Notes: a model not told the origin generated them from the sequence alone. 62,368 nt of DNA, filler included, from Choristocarpus tenellus KU-1152 (GCA_964200185.2; 10 parts of 10 records of this genome joined end to end with filler, not necessarily neighbours in it), one strand, 5' to 3'. Numbered from the whole stretch's first letter, positions 37,861 to 50,999 are shown. A program made the numbers and translations.

Positions 37861-38518
37861 GAAGAATATAACTGAGAAGAGTAGCCATAATTTTTTTTTC
37901 TTTATATACCCTGAGACTTATCATTTTTTTCTTTTTTTGGTGTCCTTAGTGGAACTGTATCAGTATCTCTGTCTTCATATAGATATATATATATATATAT
38001 GCCTTGTATGGGTGTGGGAACAAGGTATTCTATAACCTTGAAGGCATCGGGGCTCATCACTTCTTCCCCTAAAAAGACATCAGCTATTTATGATGTCTCA
38101 ATCCTAAGCTGGTTCTTTCCAGAGGCATTTCTCCAAGGGTCCTTCCTGCCATTGCTGTTAATCAAGGGTACAGGGATAAAACAATGGTGATAATGATAGA
38201 GGGAAACGACCTGGGCAAAGGCATTTTGTCGGCTTGTATGTTGGTATTTAGGCGTTACCTCCGAGATCATCTACTACAAATGTTTCCCACCTCTCTCAGT
38301 CCTAACAAGAACTTCTTGGAGCAGTATTAGCACCATTATTATCACCGCAAACATAAAATGTACCGTTTTTTCTAAGTATACTTCGAAGCAGACATAAAAA
38401 AAAACGTTACTACAATCTGTTCACCTTGATGTGCCTCACTAGGCAAGCAAGCTTCACCCCGTCTCTTCCGCTCCTCAATACACCTTATCTCAAAACGAAT
38501 CTACAGAGCCTGTTTCAG

Positions 38519-41500
38519 TGTGCCAGATCAAATGACCTCGATTTTGAAGAGGCGGTCAAGCGTACGCTGGCAGGAGAAACTCCAGGACAACGACCACCCC
38601 CACTCAGGGCTGCTGCTGAGAGGGACAGGGCGGGGAGCAGGGCAGAGGCAAAAGATGAAAGCACCATTCCCACGGGGGGGGGGCAGGGGGAGGAGGGCAG
38701 TGACAAGGGGGGAGGAGACAAAAAGGTGAACAAGTTGTTGGTGTGGAGCTGGGGCTGCCAAGCTTTTTTTTAGTAGCGCCTGGTGAATCCATGGTTGTTA
38801 GTTAGTTTGTTAATCGGTTGGTTAGTTAGTTGGATTTTGGTGTTTTGTAAGAGAGGTGGTTCAGTGCTTGCAGTGGGTGGTGTGGTGTACTACGGATCAC
38901 TTGGAGTTGATGGATTAATAGAAGGCGAGCCAAAGTATCTTAGGGTTAGGGTAGAGCTGCATTCGTTTGGGGGCCGAAATCCAACGTTGCGATTTTTATT
39001 TAATTTTGGCCATTGTGTTAGCTAGGAAGTCTCAGTATCCTCGTTCTGAACACATGTTTTTATAACATACACATTTTACCTACTAAAAAAAACATTTGGA
39101 GTTGGAGAATGTCATTAAAAAAAAGTGGGAAGCCAAGCCCCAAATGGACAGACATGACAAAATTCGTACCCTAACCCTAAGGTAATTTCACTCGGGCGAT
39201 TGCACCAAACAGCTGTGGTCCTAGTGTCAAGAGGAGGTGTACAAATGTTTTTATCAAAAGGGTAGAACAAGGGAGTTCTTCAAGCAGTCTTCTTAAACTG
39301 TATACTGATGTGGAAGTCATATTTTCTTGAAATTAAAAAAAATAATTACTAAAACAGAATTACCACTTTAAACTTTTCATCGAGTAGAATCTTTGCCCAC
39401 CCTGAAAGATGTCCCTAATCTATCTGTCTTGAATGACCCATGAAAAAATATTATAATCTACATGATGGTCAGATACATGCTTGCTTGAGGGTTCTTGGAT
39501 CTGTATTCTCACCATGTCTATAGGGGGGGAACTGTGCAAATCTCCACATGTTACACTCCTAGATAATTCGTGAAAATGAACTGAAAACACAAAGTATACC
39601 TGCAGCAAGTGCTGTTGTAGTTGTCCTGGTCTTACCCAGAATCCCTCTTAAGAAAGGTAATCTATGGTTGATGCTGATTTATCCAAGTCTAAGCCATGAT
39701 ATTTCACCTGTACTTGCTATAATTCATATCCATGCCCAAACCAAGCATTGACTCTTATGATAACATTCTTGTATTCCCAAACTAAATGCCATTGATCCAT
39801 ATATATATAGCACGAGAATTTCATGCACAATATTTGCATACAATATTTGCATACAATATTTGCCAAGAGCAACAACCAAAGACCACCTTGAACATCCCCA
39901 GCACTCCATTACCATAAACCACCCCCCCCCCCCCCCAAGAATATGGTTTGCCAAGGTTCTTATCCTAACCCTTGATAGTCTATCCATTTGGACTAATACA
40001 ACGCAGGGATCTGCAAAACAGGAAATGGAGGAAATGGGCGCTGCAGCCAAGGCCATGGGAGTTCCCCAGAGCAGGCGTCTATCCTCAAGGGGGGGTCTCA
40101 GGGCAGAGTCCAAGACATCTAATGCACAGCCCACAGGTGCAATGCCCACTCAGTACGTTGCCATCACCACGAGGGTCTCATTGTGTGTTTCATGGAGGTC
40201 CCCCTGTGGGCTGGGTGGAAGACCTTGCTGAGAAGTGTGTGTTTGGTGTAGAGAACCTTGGGGAGTAAGGAATGGTGAAATGTGTTTCTCTTTTTTATCA
40301 GCAACTGGTATGATAACTGATATGATAACTGGAACGATCGATGTTTTTGCGGGCATCTCATTGGTCAGGTGAAATAGAAGGTCCACATCTCTCGCTGAAT
40401 CAATGGGTTTGAAATATATAGGTTATCTTTAGTGGTGAAACGTCTTGTTCTCAAACTGTGCCTCCATTCACATTGATCCTACTATTTTTTTCAATCCAGA
40501 TTGGCATACTTTTGATTTTATTTCAATCATCGCCCCTCTCTTATTATTATTATTATTATCTTATTATACTCCTATTACTATTATTATTCCACTCTTATTA
40601 CTGCTGCTGTGAAAAGCCCTCTTCAAGATGAAGAGCGTTCTGCCTGACGGGGTATGCTACTAATCTATATATGAAGCATAGTAAAATAAAAAAATGCTCT
40701 AGAGGCTCCTTCCTTTATTGTATGGAACAGGCAGGAGTGGGTTGCTTCAAAAAAATTCACAAGTGGGGCCACCCCCAGGGCCTTGCTGTTCAGACCAAGA
40801 AATTTCTCGAAAAGGAACGACGCACACCTTTGATCTATCTTCTCTTTTTTTTTATTGCAGAGGTATTACATGTATGCACAAAATATATACATATGTAACA
40901 CAAAATATACACATATGTAACACACAATATACATATGTAACACAAAATATAAATATGTAACACAAAATAAACATATGTAACACACAATATACATATGTAA
41001 CACAAAATATACATATGTAACACAAAATATACATATGTAACACAAAATATACATATGTAACACACAATATACATATGTAACACAAAATATACATATGTAA
41101 CACAAAATATACATATGTAACACAAAATATACATATGTAACACACAATATACATATGTAACACGCAATATACATATGTAACACAAAATATAAATATGTAA
41201 CACAAAATATATACGTGTAACACAAAATATAAATGTGTAACACAAAATATAAATATGTAACAACGAACCGAAACTCTTAAGGTGGCATGGGAGATGAACC
41301 TGGTGGTGCCGGGGGACGTGACCTAACAGAACAGATCGAGGCCTGCACAGGAGAGGTGGGTGGGACATATAGAGTTAGGGCTGGTTTCATGTGGGCTTAT
41401 ATAATAGGGAGTCAAACCAACTGAGAGGGTTAGGGGTTAGGGGTTGCATTGTAAGGGTCCCAAGAAAGGGCAAAAAAAAAATGTGATACCATTTTGTACA

Positions 41501-42307
41501 GTTGCCTTTCAGTTGAGTCTTTCCCGAATTGCAGTGTCAGATTGAATTGGCTGTCAATCCTGCTTGATTGCTCCACCCCCCTCTCCCTCCCCCTACATGC
41601 AGACATCCCGGACACGTGAGATGTTGGAACCCATCATTTCTCGTCCGAAGCTGGCGGAAAAGCTTCTGAACATGCCCCCGTTCCGGTTTTTGCATGACAT
41701 TGTGTCAGAGATCACCAGACAGGTATGCAATGCAGCCACTCTAAGTAACCCTTCTTTCTAGAGCGCTCGGGTAGTGGGTGGGGCCAAACTTGTGAAAATT
41801 TTATTGAGAATTTCGTTGATGGAGTTAGTTTTAATTTTTGTTTTGTTAATTGCATGGGTGGTTTTCAAATTTCCAGTCAGGCTTTTTGATTTCGTCCCGA
41901 ATAAAATAAAAAAATACAAAAAAAGGACTTTGAAAGAGTCCTGGCTGCTTTTTTTTTTGTTAGATGGATTTTTTTAATCTGTTTTTCTGCTTGGGAGGCG
42001 TTTCTTCCTTCAATCCATGCTCAATGTTTAGTTATACATATATATATACATTTACATTTTGCTTCTTCCCATAAAAAGAAAAAATATATATTTCAGGGGA
42101 TGGAATGATGTACTGGCTCTCTCCTCCACTTCCAAGTTACACTCACAACAGTACTGTCATTCATGATAATGCACTAAATTCCTGCTCGAAGCTCCTCCTC
42201 ACTGTACACCCCCTCTCCTTTCCTCAAATGCAAAGACTGGTTTTGCTGAAGGGCTGTACACAGCAGAGGAGCTCAACTCAGCAAATGTCAAGGCCAAGCC
42301 TGCCAAG
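38519..42307 (+). CDS. IFT54: IFT54 / TRAF3IP1 (MIP-T3), internal exons 38519-38725, 40007-40136, 41282-41355, 41603-41722, 42236-42307; partial at both ends
   Basis: TREMLEPIISRPKLAEKLLNMPPFRFLHDIVSEITRQ|TGFAEGLYTAEELNSANVK is the diagnostic MIP-T3 CH-domain start (PPFRFLHD). All five exons are bounded by AG/GT with consistent phases (0,1,0,0). Confidence 0.88.
38927..39193 (-). mobile_element. MITE family A copy in an IFT54 intron, with telomeric repeats inside both TIRs
   Basis: GAGCCAAAGTATCTTAGGGTTAGGGTAG ... TACCCTAACCCTAAGGTAATTTCACTC; flanks AGGC/GGGC. Confidence 0.9.
40869..41262. repeat. Minisatellite, 20-bp unit ACACAAAATATACATATGTA, ~19 copies, intronic
   Basis: Seen directly. 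Confidence 0.97.
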
Positions 42308-43249
42308 GTGCAAAGTTAACACCATGTCATTATTTTCTCACAACACAGATGTCCGTGGTAGGTTTAGGGTGTACAGACTGCGAGCAAAAAAAAAGCCATC
42401 CATGTTTTGCAAGGCCCTTCCCTTAGGACTACTTCTGTCACATCGCCCACCTATACAAAAAGCTCAAAGTATCTGGGAGGNNNNNNNNNNNNNNNNNNNN
42501 NNNNNNNNNNNNNNNNNNNNNNNNTTAATTAATTAANNNNNNNNNNNNNNNNNNNNNNNNNNNNNNNNNNNNNNNNNNNNCCATTGTTGTTTGTAACTAC
42601 TGCAAGACCGAGGTCTGTGTCTCTCTCCCTCCCTCTCCTCCCTCGGTGTCTCTACTGGCCTCACTTGGAGTATTGGGATTGGATCATGTGGACGACACCT
42701 GCGTGTGTTCAAAGGTGGAGACAGAACCAGATGATAGTTACCCACACTTCGTACATACGTGCGGGATTGCTTGAGCAACATGTGGAGTGGTGCTGTTTTG
42801 TAATATGTTGACCTCGTTTGTGCAAGGGAATGAAGAAAAGGTGCTGGGAGACCTGCCTTGTGTGTGTGTTGCTCATGCGTGTCTTTGCACCTCCCAATTG
42901 CACTTGAGAACGATGAAAGGTGTCACTTCAATTGTGGGAGTCACTGTAGCCATGCACCTGCGAGCTTGCCTTTCTGAGGGAATGGAGCCCTTCCTCCTGG
43001 GGGCAAGCTTTGTGCCATAAACTTGAACGAATTATGTTTCCTGTATATGTTTTAGAACATGTCTATGCATCTAGACTGGTGTCCTGATGCGTAGAGTATG
43101 GAGATAACACATGTTTGTGTGTGTACGCATCCCTGAATGGCAAGAATCGATAAATATATTTGGCATGATTGTTGATGCGTGCTTGCCATAATGTTTTTGT
43201 GAAAGGGTGTATGTATTTCAGTGGAGTGGATTTGAAAGTGTGAAGACTT

Positions 43250-43900
43250 GAGGTTGTAAGAAGATTGTATGTAGGTTGTTCACAAGCGGGTAACGCACTT
43301 ACTCCACACAAAGTTCCACTGCACCTCACTATCTCTTGTTGTGTACATGGTTCGTTAACATTGGGGCAATTAACCCTTGACCTTGACTGGCTTACTTCTT
43401 GTGCCAATGACATCAATGGAGAGGGCAGCTGGTGATGTTGACCACAATACAAAAGGGTTTACTCACCATCCCCTCACTTTTTGGGGCATTCCACCAAGAG
43501 TAACCCCATTCTACGCGCTCAGCAGCTCATAATGGTTGACCCTTAATATTTCCATTCCTATCCTGGAAATTGGTCATCTGCAAGCCAGGACAAGAGGAGA
43601 AAATGGATTGATCTATTTGACTTGAGCACGCCCCATGTATGCAGTAACAATAGGAGATGTACAATAGAGGCCTCCAAGCCCATCTCTTTTGAAACATGAC
43701 CAAGTGAATGCAGGACGAAAAGTGTTGAAACCTGAATCGGATTTCATTTTACATGTAAGCAAAATGTGTAGACTACGAGCGATGAGGAATCATGCTGTTT
43801 CAAAGCACCAATGGGTGATATGCGTAGTCTATTTTATGGATTGATGCGATTGTGGTGCAAAGCACCGATGTATTTCTTCTGGTGTAACTGAGGTCATTGA
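43250..43900 (-). mobile_element. Degenerate transposase relic resembling Sola2
   Basis: Ordered remnants QHDSSSLV, RDGLGGLY, FSSCPG...GNIKGQ and VIGTRSKPVKVKG resemble the HD..FV / SDGCxxQ / SHGKxxxDGxGG / GTRS motifs. Heavily mutated. Confidence 0.4.
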
Positions 43901-43962
43901 TTTCTCGGTCAAGAATGATGCGATGTGAATTTAGTATTCTTGGTTGCTCGATCTAGAATGAT

Positions 43963-44218
43963 CAGTGAAAGTATCTTAGAGGGTACGAGTTTTGCCCTCT
44001 TTGTCCATTTGGGACTTGGCTTACCATGGATTTTATAATGAAATTTTCAACTCCAAAATGTTTTGGAGTAGGTAAAAAGTACACGTTATGAAATGGTGTG
44101 TCTGGAACAAGGACACTGACTCTTCTTAAATCACAATAGCCAAAATTACATCAAAATCGGAACATTGGATTTTGATCCCCAAATGGACGCGGTCCTACCC
44201 TCTCAGATACTTTGGCTC
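43963..44218 (+). mobile_element. MITE family A copy, TSD TGAT
   Basis: Full-length copy with TGAT on both flanks. Confidence 0.92.
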
Positions 44219-45619
44219 TGATGTGATGTGAATTCAGTTTTTTTTCATGAGATACTCAACGAAAGAAGTCCATGCTCTGTGGAGAGGCTTGTTACCTTGA
44301 CTGGCAAGGGTTTGCGCAGATGGTCTTAACTCTGATTATATTACACCCACGTGTGTGTGTGGTGCACTGTTTGCAGAGTGAGCTTGATGCATTTTGAGAA
44401 ATCATTGGCAGCCACGAAAGAAATAATAATCAACAATTAACGTACAACTGCCATCCTATACTGATAAGAGGAAGTAAGAGTGAAGAAAAACAAACAAGGG
44501 AACAACAGAACAAGCTTGAACCAATGTGTGATGCAACTCAAGTAACGCATACTATTCTTGCGTGTGGAACGCAGAGGGACTGTTCTGTACTATGGTGTTC
44601 TGATGGGAATTGACATGGTGATGACGAACTTGTAACAGTAACGTCCAGATTGTAACAGACCAATCAACGGTCAGTGTTGACTGGTGGAACTGTATCCTAT
44701 CAATGAACAAACAGATGAGCACCCTATGTCTTAACAAAAGGTTGCCCTGCCCCCGGAACCATTAATGTCATATGGTAAGGCAGGGTGTGTGGTCACAAAC
44801 AACTGGGGCAGAGGAACGATATTTTCTCTCTACAATACTCAAGTGCATGAGATCAGCAGCATCAACAACATCAATGTTCCTGGAAAACAGGTTCGGTAAA
44901 CTAACCACTTCATTATTTCAAGATGGAACCACCTACCAAAGACCATCATCAACCATACGGATGAAGACGCTACAAGTCACTATCCCATATGCATGAAGAC
45001 AACACATTTCTATCACCTATCAGTGCTTAACACGCTACTCTAACTTAGCACCAAACTCATTCAACTCTCTAAGCGCAAGCAGGGATTACTATTCAAATAT
45101 TAAACGTTCAAGTACATTATGTGAGGTGGAGACAAATCAGTGTTTTTGTAGGAAAGGACTTGTGTCCTTGGCAGAGTACCTGGCCAGAGTAAGGTTCGTG
45201 TGTGGATTTCTGGTTGTGTATTTTGAGAACCCTCGACGCAGGGAGGAAAGCGCTTATCTGCAACTATGATAGTCAACTTACATCGTTTTCTGTTGGACAC
45301 CAGCCTACAGATTTTTACCTTCACATGTACCTTCCTTCTTATCTGGAAAAATACTTCATTCTAGTATTGGTGAAGAGATTACAACCAATCTTTGTCCTAC
45401 ATCCATACACATGTTGTTCATGTACCTTGAACCTTCAACATGAATAGAGCAGAGCACTAGTGACCTTGCGGAGATAAGCACTTCCATGCAAATTGAGGCG
45501 GTGCCTTACAGTCCCCGCTTGAGCAGTTCCTTCAATCCACAGAAGAGAAGCAACTCCTGCTCCAAGGATGCCGTGAGCTCACACCAGCTCTTGTCGGTGA
45601 GCCAAAATATGGGCTTCCT

Positions 45620-46795
45620 GGTGGAATGCATTATGTCAGTGACTGCTCCACGGCGGAGGACTCACGCCAAATTCAGTATTACACAACAACAAAGCAAACT
45701 AATCTTTGATTATTCGTGTGTTTCCATACCTCATAGATTTGTCCATTTGGATCTACTCCTCTTTAAGGGATTCTGTTGGGTCTACTCTCAAGTACACCTC
45801 TCCATCACAGTAGTTGCCATAGAAGTAGCAGAAGAATGTCACTGCCCGGTTAACCTCTGACTGGCAGTGGCACACCCTCTTCTGCTGCTGCCTGGCTCTC
45901 CAGAACCTTACAGCTGCCTCCAACCAGCAGTGGATTCGCCTTTCCTTTAGGTGCCTCTGTGCAACTTTCAGCTGCAGGCTCTCTTTGGCAAGAGCAAAAA
46001 GGCTCCTTCAGCGGTTGGCACCTGCGCCTCTCTCTCAACTGCCCCAGACACCACTCCAGAACAACCTCCCGCTGTCCCCACACCGGCGTCTCTTGTGCAG
46101 CTGATGCAGCCCCAACTGCATCGCATACCACCTCATCCAGGAACAGCGTTAGCTCACAAGAGACGCCAGCGTAGGGTGCAGTGGGAGGCTATTCTTGTTT
46201 GGCATCTGGGGCAGTTGAGAGAGAGGCGCAGGTCCCAACTGCTGAAGGTGTGGCAGAAAGGAACCTTAAAGAAAGGCGAATCCACCGCTGGTGGGAGGCA
46301 GCGGTGAAGTCCTGGAGAGCCAGGCAGCAGTGGCGGAGGGAGTACCAGTTGGAGGTAAAGCGGGCAGTCTCATTCTTCCGCTACTTCTACGGTAGCTACT
46401 CCGGCGGAGTGGTGAGTGCTATCGTGTAGTACTCCAGAGTACTTGAGAGTAGGCCCAACAGAATCCTGTATAGAGGAATAGATCCTAATGGACATAGCTG
46501 TGATATATGGAGAGACACGAAAAATCAAAGAACAGCTTGCTTTGTCGTTGTGTAACACTCACACTGTCAAAGATTCAAAGTACTTTGTGAAGGGTGGGGG
46601 ATGGAGTTCGTTCTCTGTTGTACTTTGTGAAAGGTTAGGGTAGGGGTAGTTCAGTCCTAAATCTTGTGGAAGGTGCGGAGTAGGGTTGGTCCAGTTGCCA
46701 TAGCTTGTGTATGGTCGATCTTCTTTGGACTAACGCCCAATCTGGCATGAGTCCTCTGCCGTGGTGCAGTCTCTGACATAATGAATTCCACCGAA
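45620..46795. repeat. ~1.2-kb imperfect palindrome (foldback) centred near 46130
   Basis: 45623-45672 pairs with 46735-46792, 45680-45950 with 46262-46555, and 45995-46050 with 46205-46250. Confidence 0.85.
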
Positions 46796-47507
46796 ACGTC
46801 ATGCTTTTCCTGTTGTGTGAATGTGAGTAGATACATCTTCATCCCTTGGGACTGATCTTGGCCCATTCATCGTAACCTACCTTGCCCTTCACGGCTTTGA
46901 TATTGGGATTGGCTAGTTAATGGAGAGACGAAATGAGAGGTAGGTGTGTTTGTGTGTAACATGTCTGTCTTGGTGTGTAGGAAGGTCATCTTACCTGTTG
47001 TGGCATAGCATACACTTTGTCCTTTCCTAGTCTCAGAGGTTAGCATGTGGGAACTGTTAGCCGATCGTATCGCCTGACTGTGTCTCTTTTGTCCCTCCCT
47101 GGTGATATTGCAGATGTTGGGGGAAAGGAGAGAGGCAGGGGGCGGGGATGGGCGCACCTGGTTGAAGTACACTGGAACAGAGACCACAGCCCTCTTGACT
47201 CGAGAACCATCACCAATAAAACATTCCACATTTTGTACAATTCATTCTTTGACATAGTACTTATGTATATGCATAATTAATCTACACACTACACACAAGG
47301 AGGGACATATACATGAAGTAATCAACCACCGTGGGTGAGTTGAAAGGAAAGAAAGAGCACTTTGGTATGAAGAAAATTATGTATCAATATACTACTGAGA
47401 TTATAGCAACTACAAATCACGGCAACAACTTATTTTCCACCAATAATTTATAAATGATAACAAAACACAGTAGTAACTGTGCAATATTAACTAGTAGTCT
47501 GCATGAT

Positions 47508-49190
47508 TTATAGTATAAAGGTGAATGAGATTCCCTGGTTCGCATATGGGTGGAACTTGGCATTAGCGCCGCGCTGCTGCTTGGTCTGGTGTACAAAACA
47601 CTCTGTCCCAAATACTCGAAGCCGCTTGTAATTAAAGGGTGTGTTGTTAAGGTGCTCATATGGTGTCTTGTCTCCCAAGTACTCGTGTGGCATTCCAGTG
47701 GTCTTGAGTGTGGCGTCTGCCACTGCAAAGAAGCAGAATTCCTCCCCCATTCCAGCTTGAATCAACTGACTGCGAGCAGCTTGCATGATCTGTTTGATTG
47801 CCCGCTCAGCAATACCGTTGCTCTGGGGCGTTCGTGGCGGGCTCTTACGCCATTTCACACCCCGCTCTGACAGCATGCGCTGGAACTTTGTACTCCTTCC
47901 AAATTCTCCAACTCCATCCCGCACCCTCCACCACCGAGGGCTGTGCTTATCACCATCCCTGCCTTTTTGTGGCCTGTCCCAGCAGGAACCACAAGGCCTA
48001 GTGATGCCCTCGATAATTTTGCTCCTATTTGAGCCGGGCAGCCCTCCATCGGTGCTGCTGTTACTCTCATGAGTGCTGATCACCATCGCTGCGGCCCCCC
48101 TTTTGTGGCCTGTCCCAGCAGGAAACACAACGCCGCGTGACTTCCGATGAGCTGCACGGGGATCTCTTGTCCTCCGTGCATCCTTTGTCGAGCTGCGTGG
48201 GGATCTCATCCTCCATACGGACACATCTGCGCAAATACCTGCGGCATGCTGTCCCTGATGTCTATGATCAGAACTCCTTCTTTGTTGAGCTGCATGAGGA
48301 TCTCTCGTCCTCCTCGCGGACACATCTGCGTAAATACCTACAGCATGCTGTCCCTGATGCCAATGATCAGAGCTCCTTTCTTGGCATGACCTTGGCTGCC
48401 TCCAGCTGTTTGTACTCTTGTCCAGATATGATCGAGGCCAATGACGAAATCTGCAGTGTCCTCTACTGACGAGCAGTACATGTCGCACAATTTCATCTCT
48501 GGAGCTATGAGCTGCGTGGACCGCTGACTCACAGGTGTCCTCAATAGATCTGCTCCAATTCGAGACAGGCCGCCCTCCTGTCGGGGCTGCCTCCTCTCGT
48601 ACGTGTTGACCATACAAGCTGACCACCATAGCTGCAGCACCCCTCGTGGCCTGTCCCAGCAGGAACCACAAGGCTTCGCGATGCCTGACGTATTCATCGT
48701 ACGCGCAGCGTTCCTTGAATGATGTATCAGCTGTGGGAGGTGCTGGAATGCAGTGTGCAGGTTGGAGTATCCGGTACAGTCCTTTGCCGCCCGCGTAACT
48801 CACCAAAGCCATCCGCCATTCAGCCCACTTCTCCCGTGTATGCCCCCGTGCTCCACTCCATAGTGGCAGCATACGGGAGTCCGCTTACATACCAATGAGG
48901 CTCATAACCTTATTCCTTGCGAAGGGGAATCGTGTGAGGCTCATAACCTATGCAAAAGAGAACTACTCAAGTAGAGTATTTTGCTTTATGTGGTATGGAT
49001 ATGTTTATTAGCGGAGTGAGCACAGCCCTCGGTGGTGGGGGGTGCTCTCTCTTATTATCATATTGTTTATTACATATATCAGCTGACTCAGCAGCTGACA
49101 CATCACAACGTGTCCTGCCGTATCACCTATCCTGTGCAGCTAGTACTATGTCAGAACTCCTCCATCAGTCCATTTGTATTAAGTAGTAGG
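47508..49190 (-). mobile_element. Internally deleted and rearranged Ty1/copia element: putative LTR (~48950-49190), duplicated GGTTATGAGCC site, fused gag-like/integrase ORF 47508-48872
   Basis: Integrase motifs GEFG...SPPRTPQSNGIAERA...KTPYE...LRVFGTECFVH. AGGTTATGAGCC, typical just inside Copia 5' LTRs, occurs at 48899-48910 and 48938-48949. Confidence 0.85.
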
Positions 49191-50467
49191 AATTCAATCA
49201 TGTTGTGTGTGGAAAGGGGGAATATCAAATTTGGCGTACACTATTGTGCACATCAAGCAAAGAAATAGAGTGAAATTGCACAGGGTAAGGGAGATGGCTT
49301 AGGACGCAAAATGGTTCAAAGTTGCCTACCTCTCAATTGGTTAGGCTCAATTTCCACTCCTTCTATAACAAGGGAGAACTATTCAACCTTGGTATGGTCT
49401 AAGGCACACTACCACCCAAGGATCGCGGTTCATACCGGTTTCAAGAATCCATACGCATAGGTGGAGACCTACATGTGTCAGAACACGTACCACTTTACAC
49501 CTTTTCTTTGGATGTTCTTGACCCAAACTGTTGGACACCTTTGATCTGGATGTACTGGATCTCTCCGATGAGATATGAGCCATCGTAGATCTGGTGACAT
49601 TCAGTTCCCCTTCGCCCCCCCTGCCCCAGAGGACACACTGTTTGTTGCTGTGTTTCTAATGGGGCCAGCAAAATCTCCCATATTTCCACAGTATTCTTTC
49701 AACGCTCGGGGATTTTAGCTGAATCGGTCAATAACAAATCGAGGGCAAACCCCCGATTATTCTGGAAGCAACGTGGTGTGTGTTGTGAGGGGATGAGGTG
49801 AGTTGAAATTGGATATAGAAGCTGGTGGTGTGGTGGTTTGACATCATCAGATAGAGACAGTGAGCCACAGAATGTTCTGAACCTACCTCGGTGCTGGAGG
49901 TATGTGTGGACTATTGTCTATCATCATATGCTTAACTACGATGAATATTTCATTCAGTGACATTTGAAATTGTTGTTTCTGCTCTCAGTTCAATCTTTGG
50001 TATCGGGTGACCTTTATACTACTAGTGGAACGGCCACGGGATTGGGTTTTTTAAACATCTCTGAAGCCAACATTTCTGTTCGTTTCGCAGAAAATGAACT
50101 GTATCAACGTAATATTACAAGAGTATCTTGGAAATGTTAACACTGAGCCAAACCAATTGAGAGGTAGGCAGCTTTGGACACCTTTTTCATCTTAAACCAT
50201 CTTTCTTACCCTGTGCAATATAGTTTATTCAGTGCTATGTGTGCACAATATTGTGTACACGAAATCGATATTCCCCCGTTCCACACAGAAGGTGACACCA
50301 CAAGTGGGCAAAGGATCTTCCTGCAATTGTACAAAATGGATCTTGGAGTCCTTAAAATGCCACCCTGCTCACCTCTGAGTTGGTTTCAATCGCTATGGAG
50401 TAGGTATGATGGCAGCACTGCCGTCTATTGGGATCATGCAGGAACAGTTTGGTAGGCACAACTATCA

Positions 50468-50710
50468 GGTTCAAAGTATCTGGGGGGGATGGCGGCTGCC
50501 CATTTGGGGTCATTTTTTTCATATCGCGAATTTTGGGTGATTTGGTTGCATACNNNNNNNNNNNNNNNNNNNNNNNNNNNNNNNNNNNNNNNNNNNNTTA
50601 ATTAATTAANNNNNNNNNNNNNNNNNNNNNNNNNNNNNNNNNNNNNNNNNNNNAAATCGAAAAAAGGGTGAAAAAAGGACGGCGACACCCCCCCCCAGAT
50701 ACCTTTACCC
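50468..50710. mobile_element. Two partial family B MITE ends flanking a spacer
   Basis: CAAAGTATCTGGGGG on the left and CCCCCAGATACCTTTACCC on the right. Confidence 0.7.
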
Positions 50711-50999
50711 AAATTTCAGACCATTTTATAGAGAGTGACCCTCGCATTCAAGTTCATCACTTGTTGGGTTGATGCCCTGTTTTGTTCATCTCCTTGCAGC
50801 ACACACTGTCCACACTCCTTCCAACATTGATGCGAAGTTTATCAGTACGCCTCTGCCCCTTCACCCCACCCCTATCTTTGCTTGCTGCTGCTCTTTTTTC
50901 CCTCGATGTCCCTTTCCAACTTCTTTATAGGGTATTCATCAATGCGACTCGTGCACGTATCCAAATGCCCCATTGTGGTTTCATTTTTTTTCACTTAAG

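Noticed and set aside
40835-41368. Three overlapping Cys/Tyr/Ile-rich ORFs on the minus strand
   Set aside because: They are translations of the 20-bp minisatellite inside an IFT54 intron.
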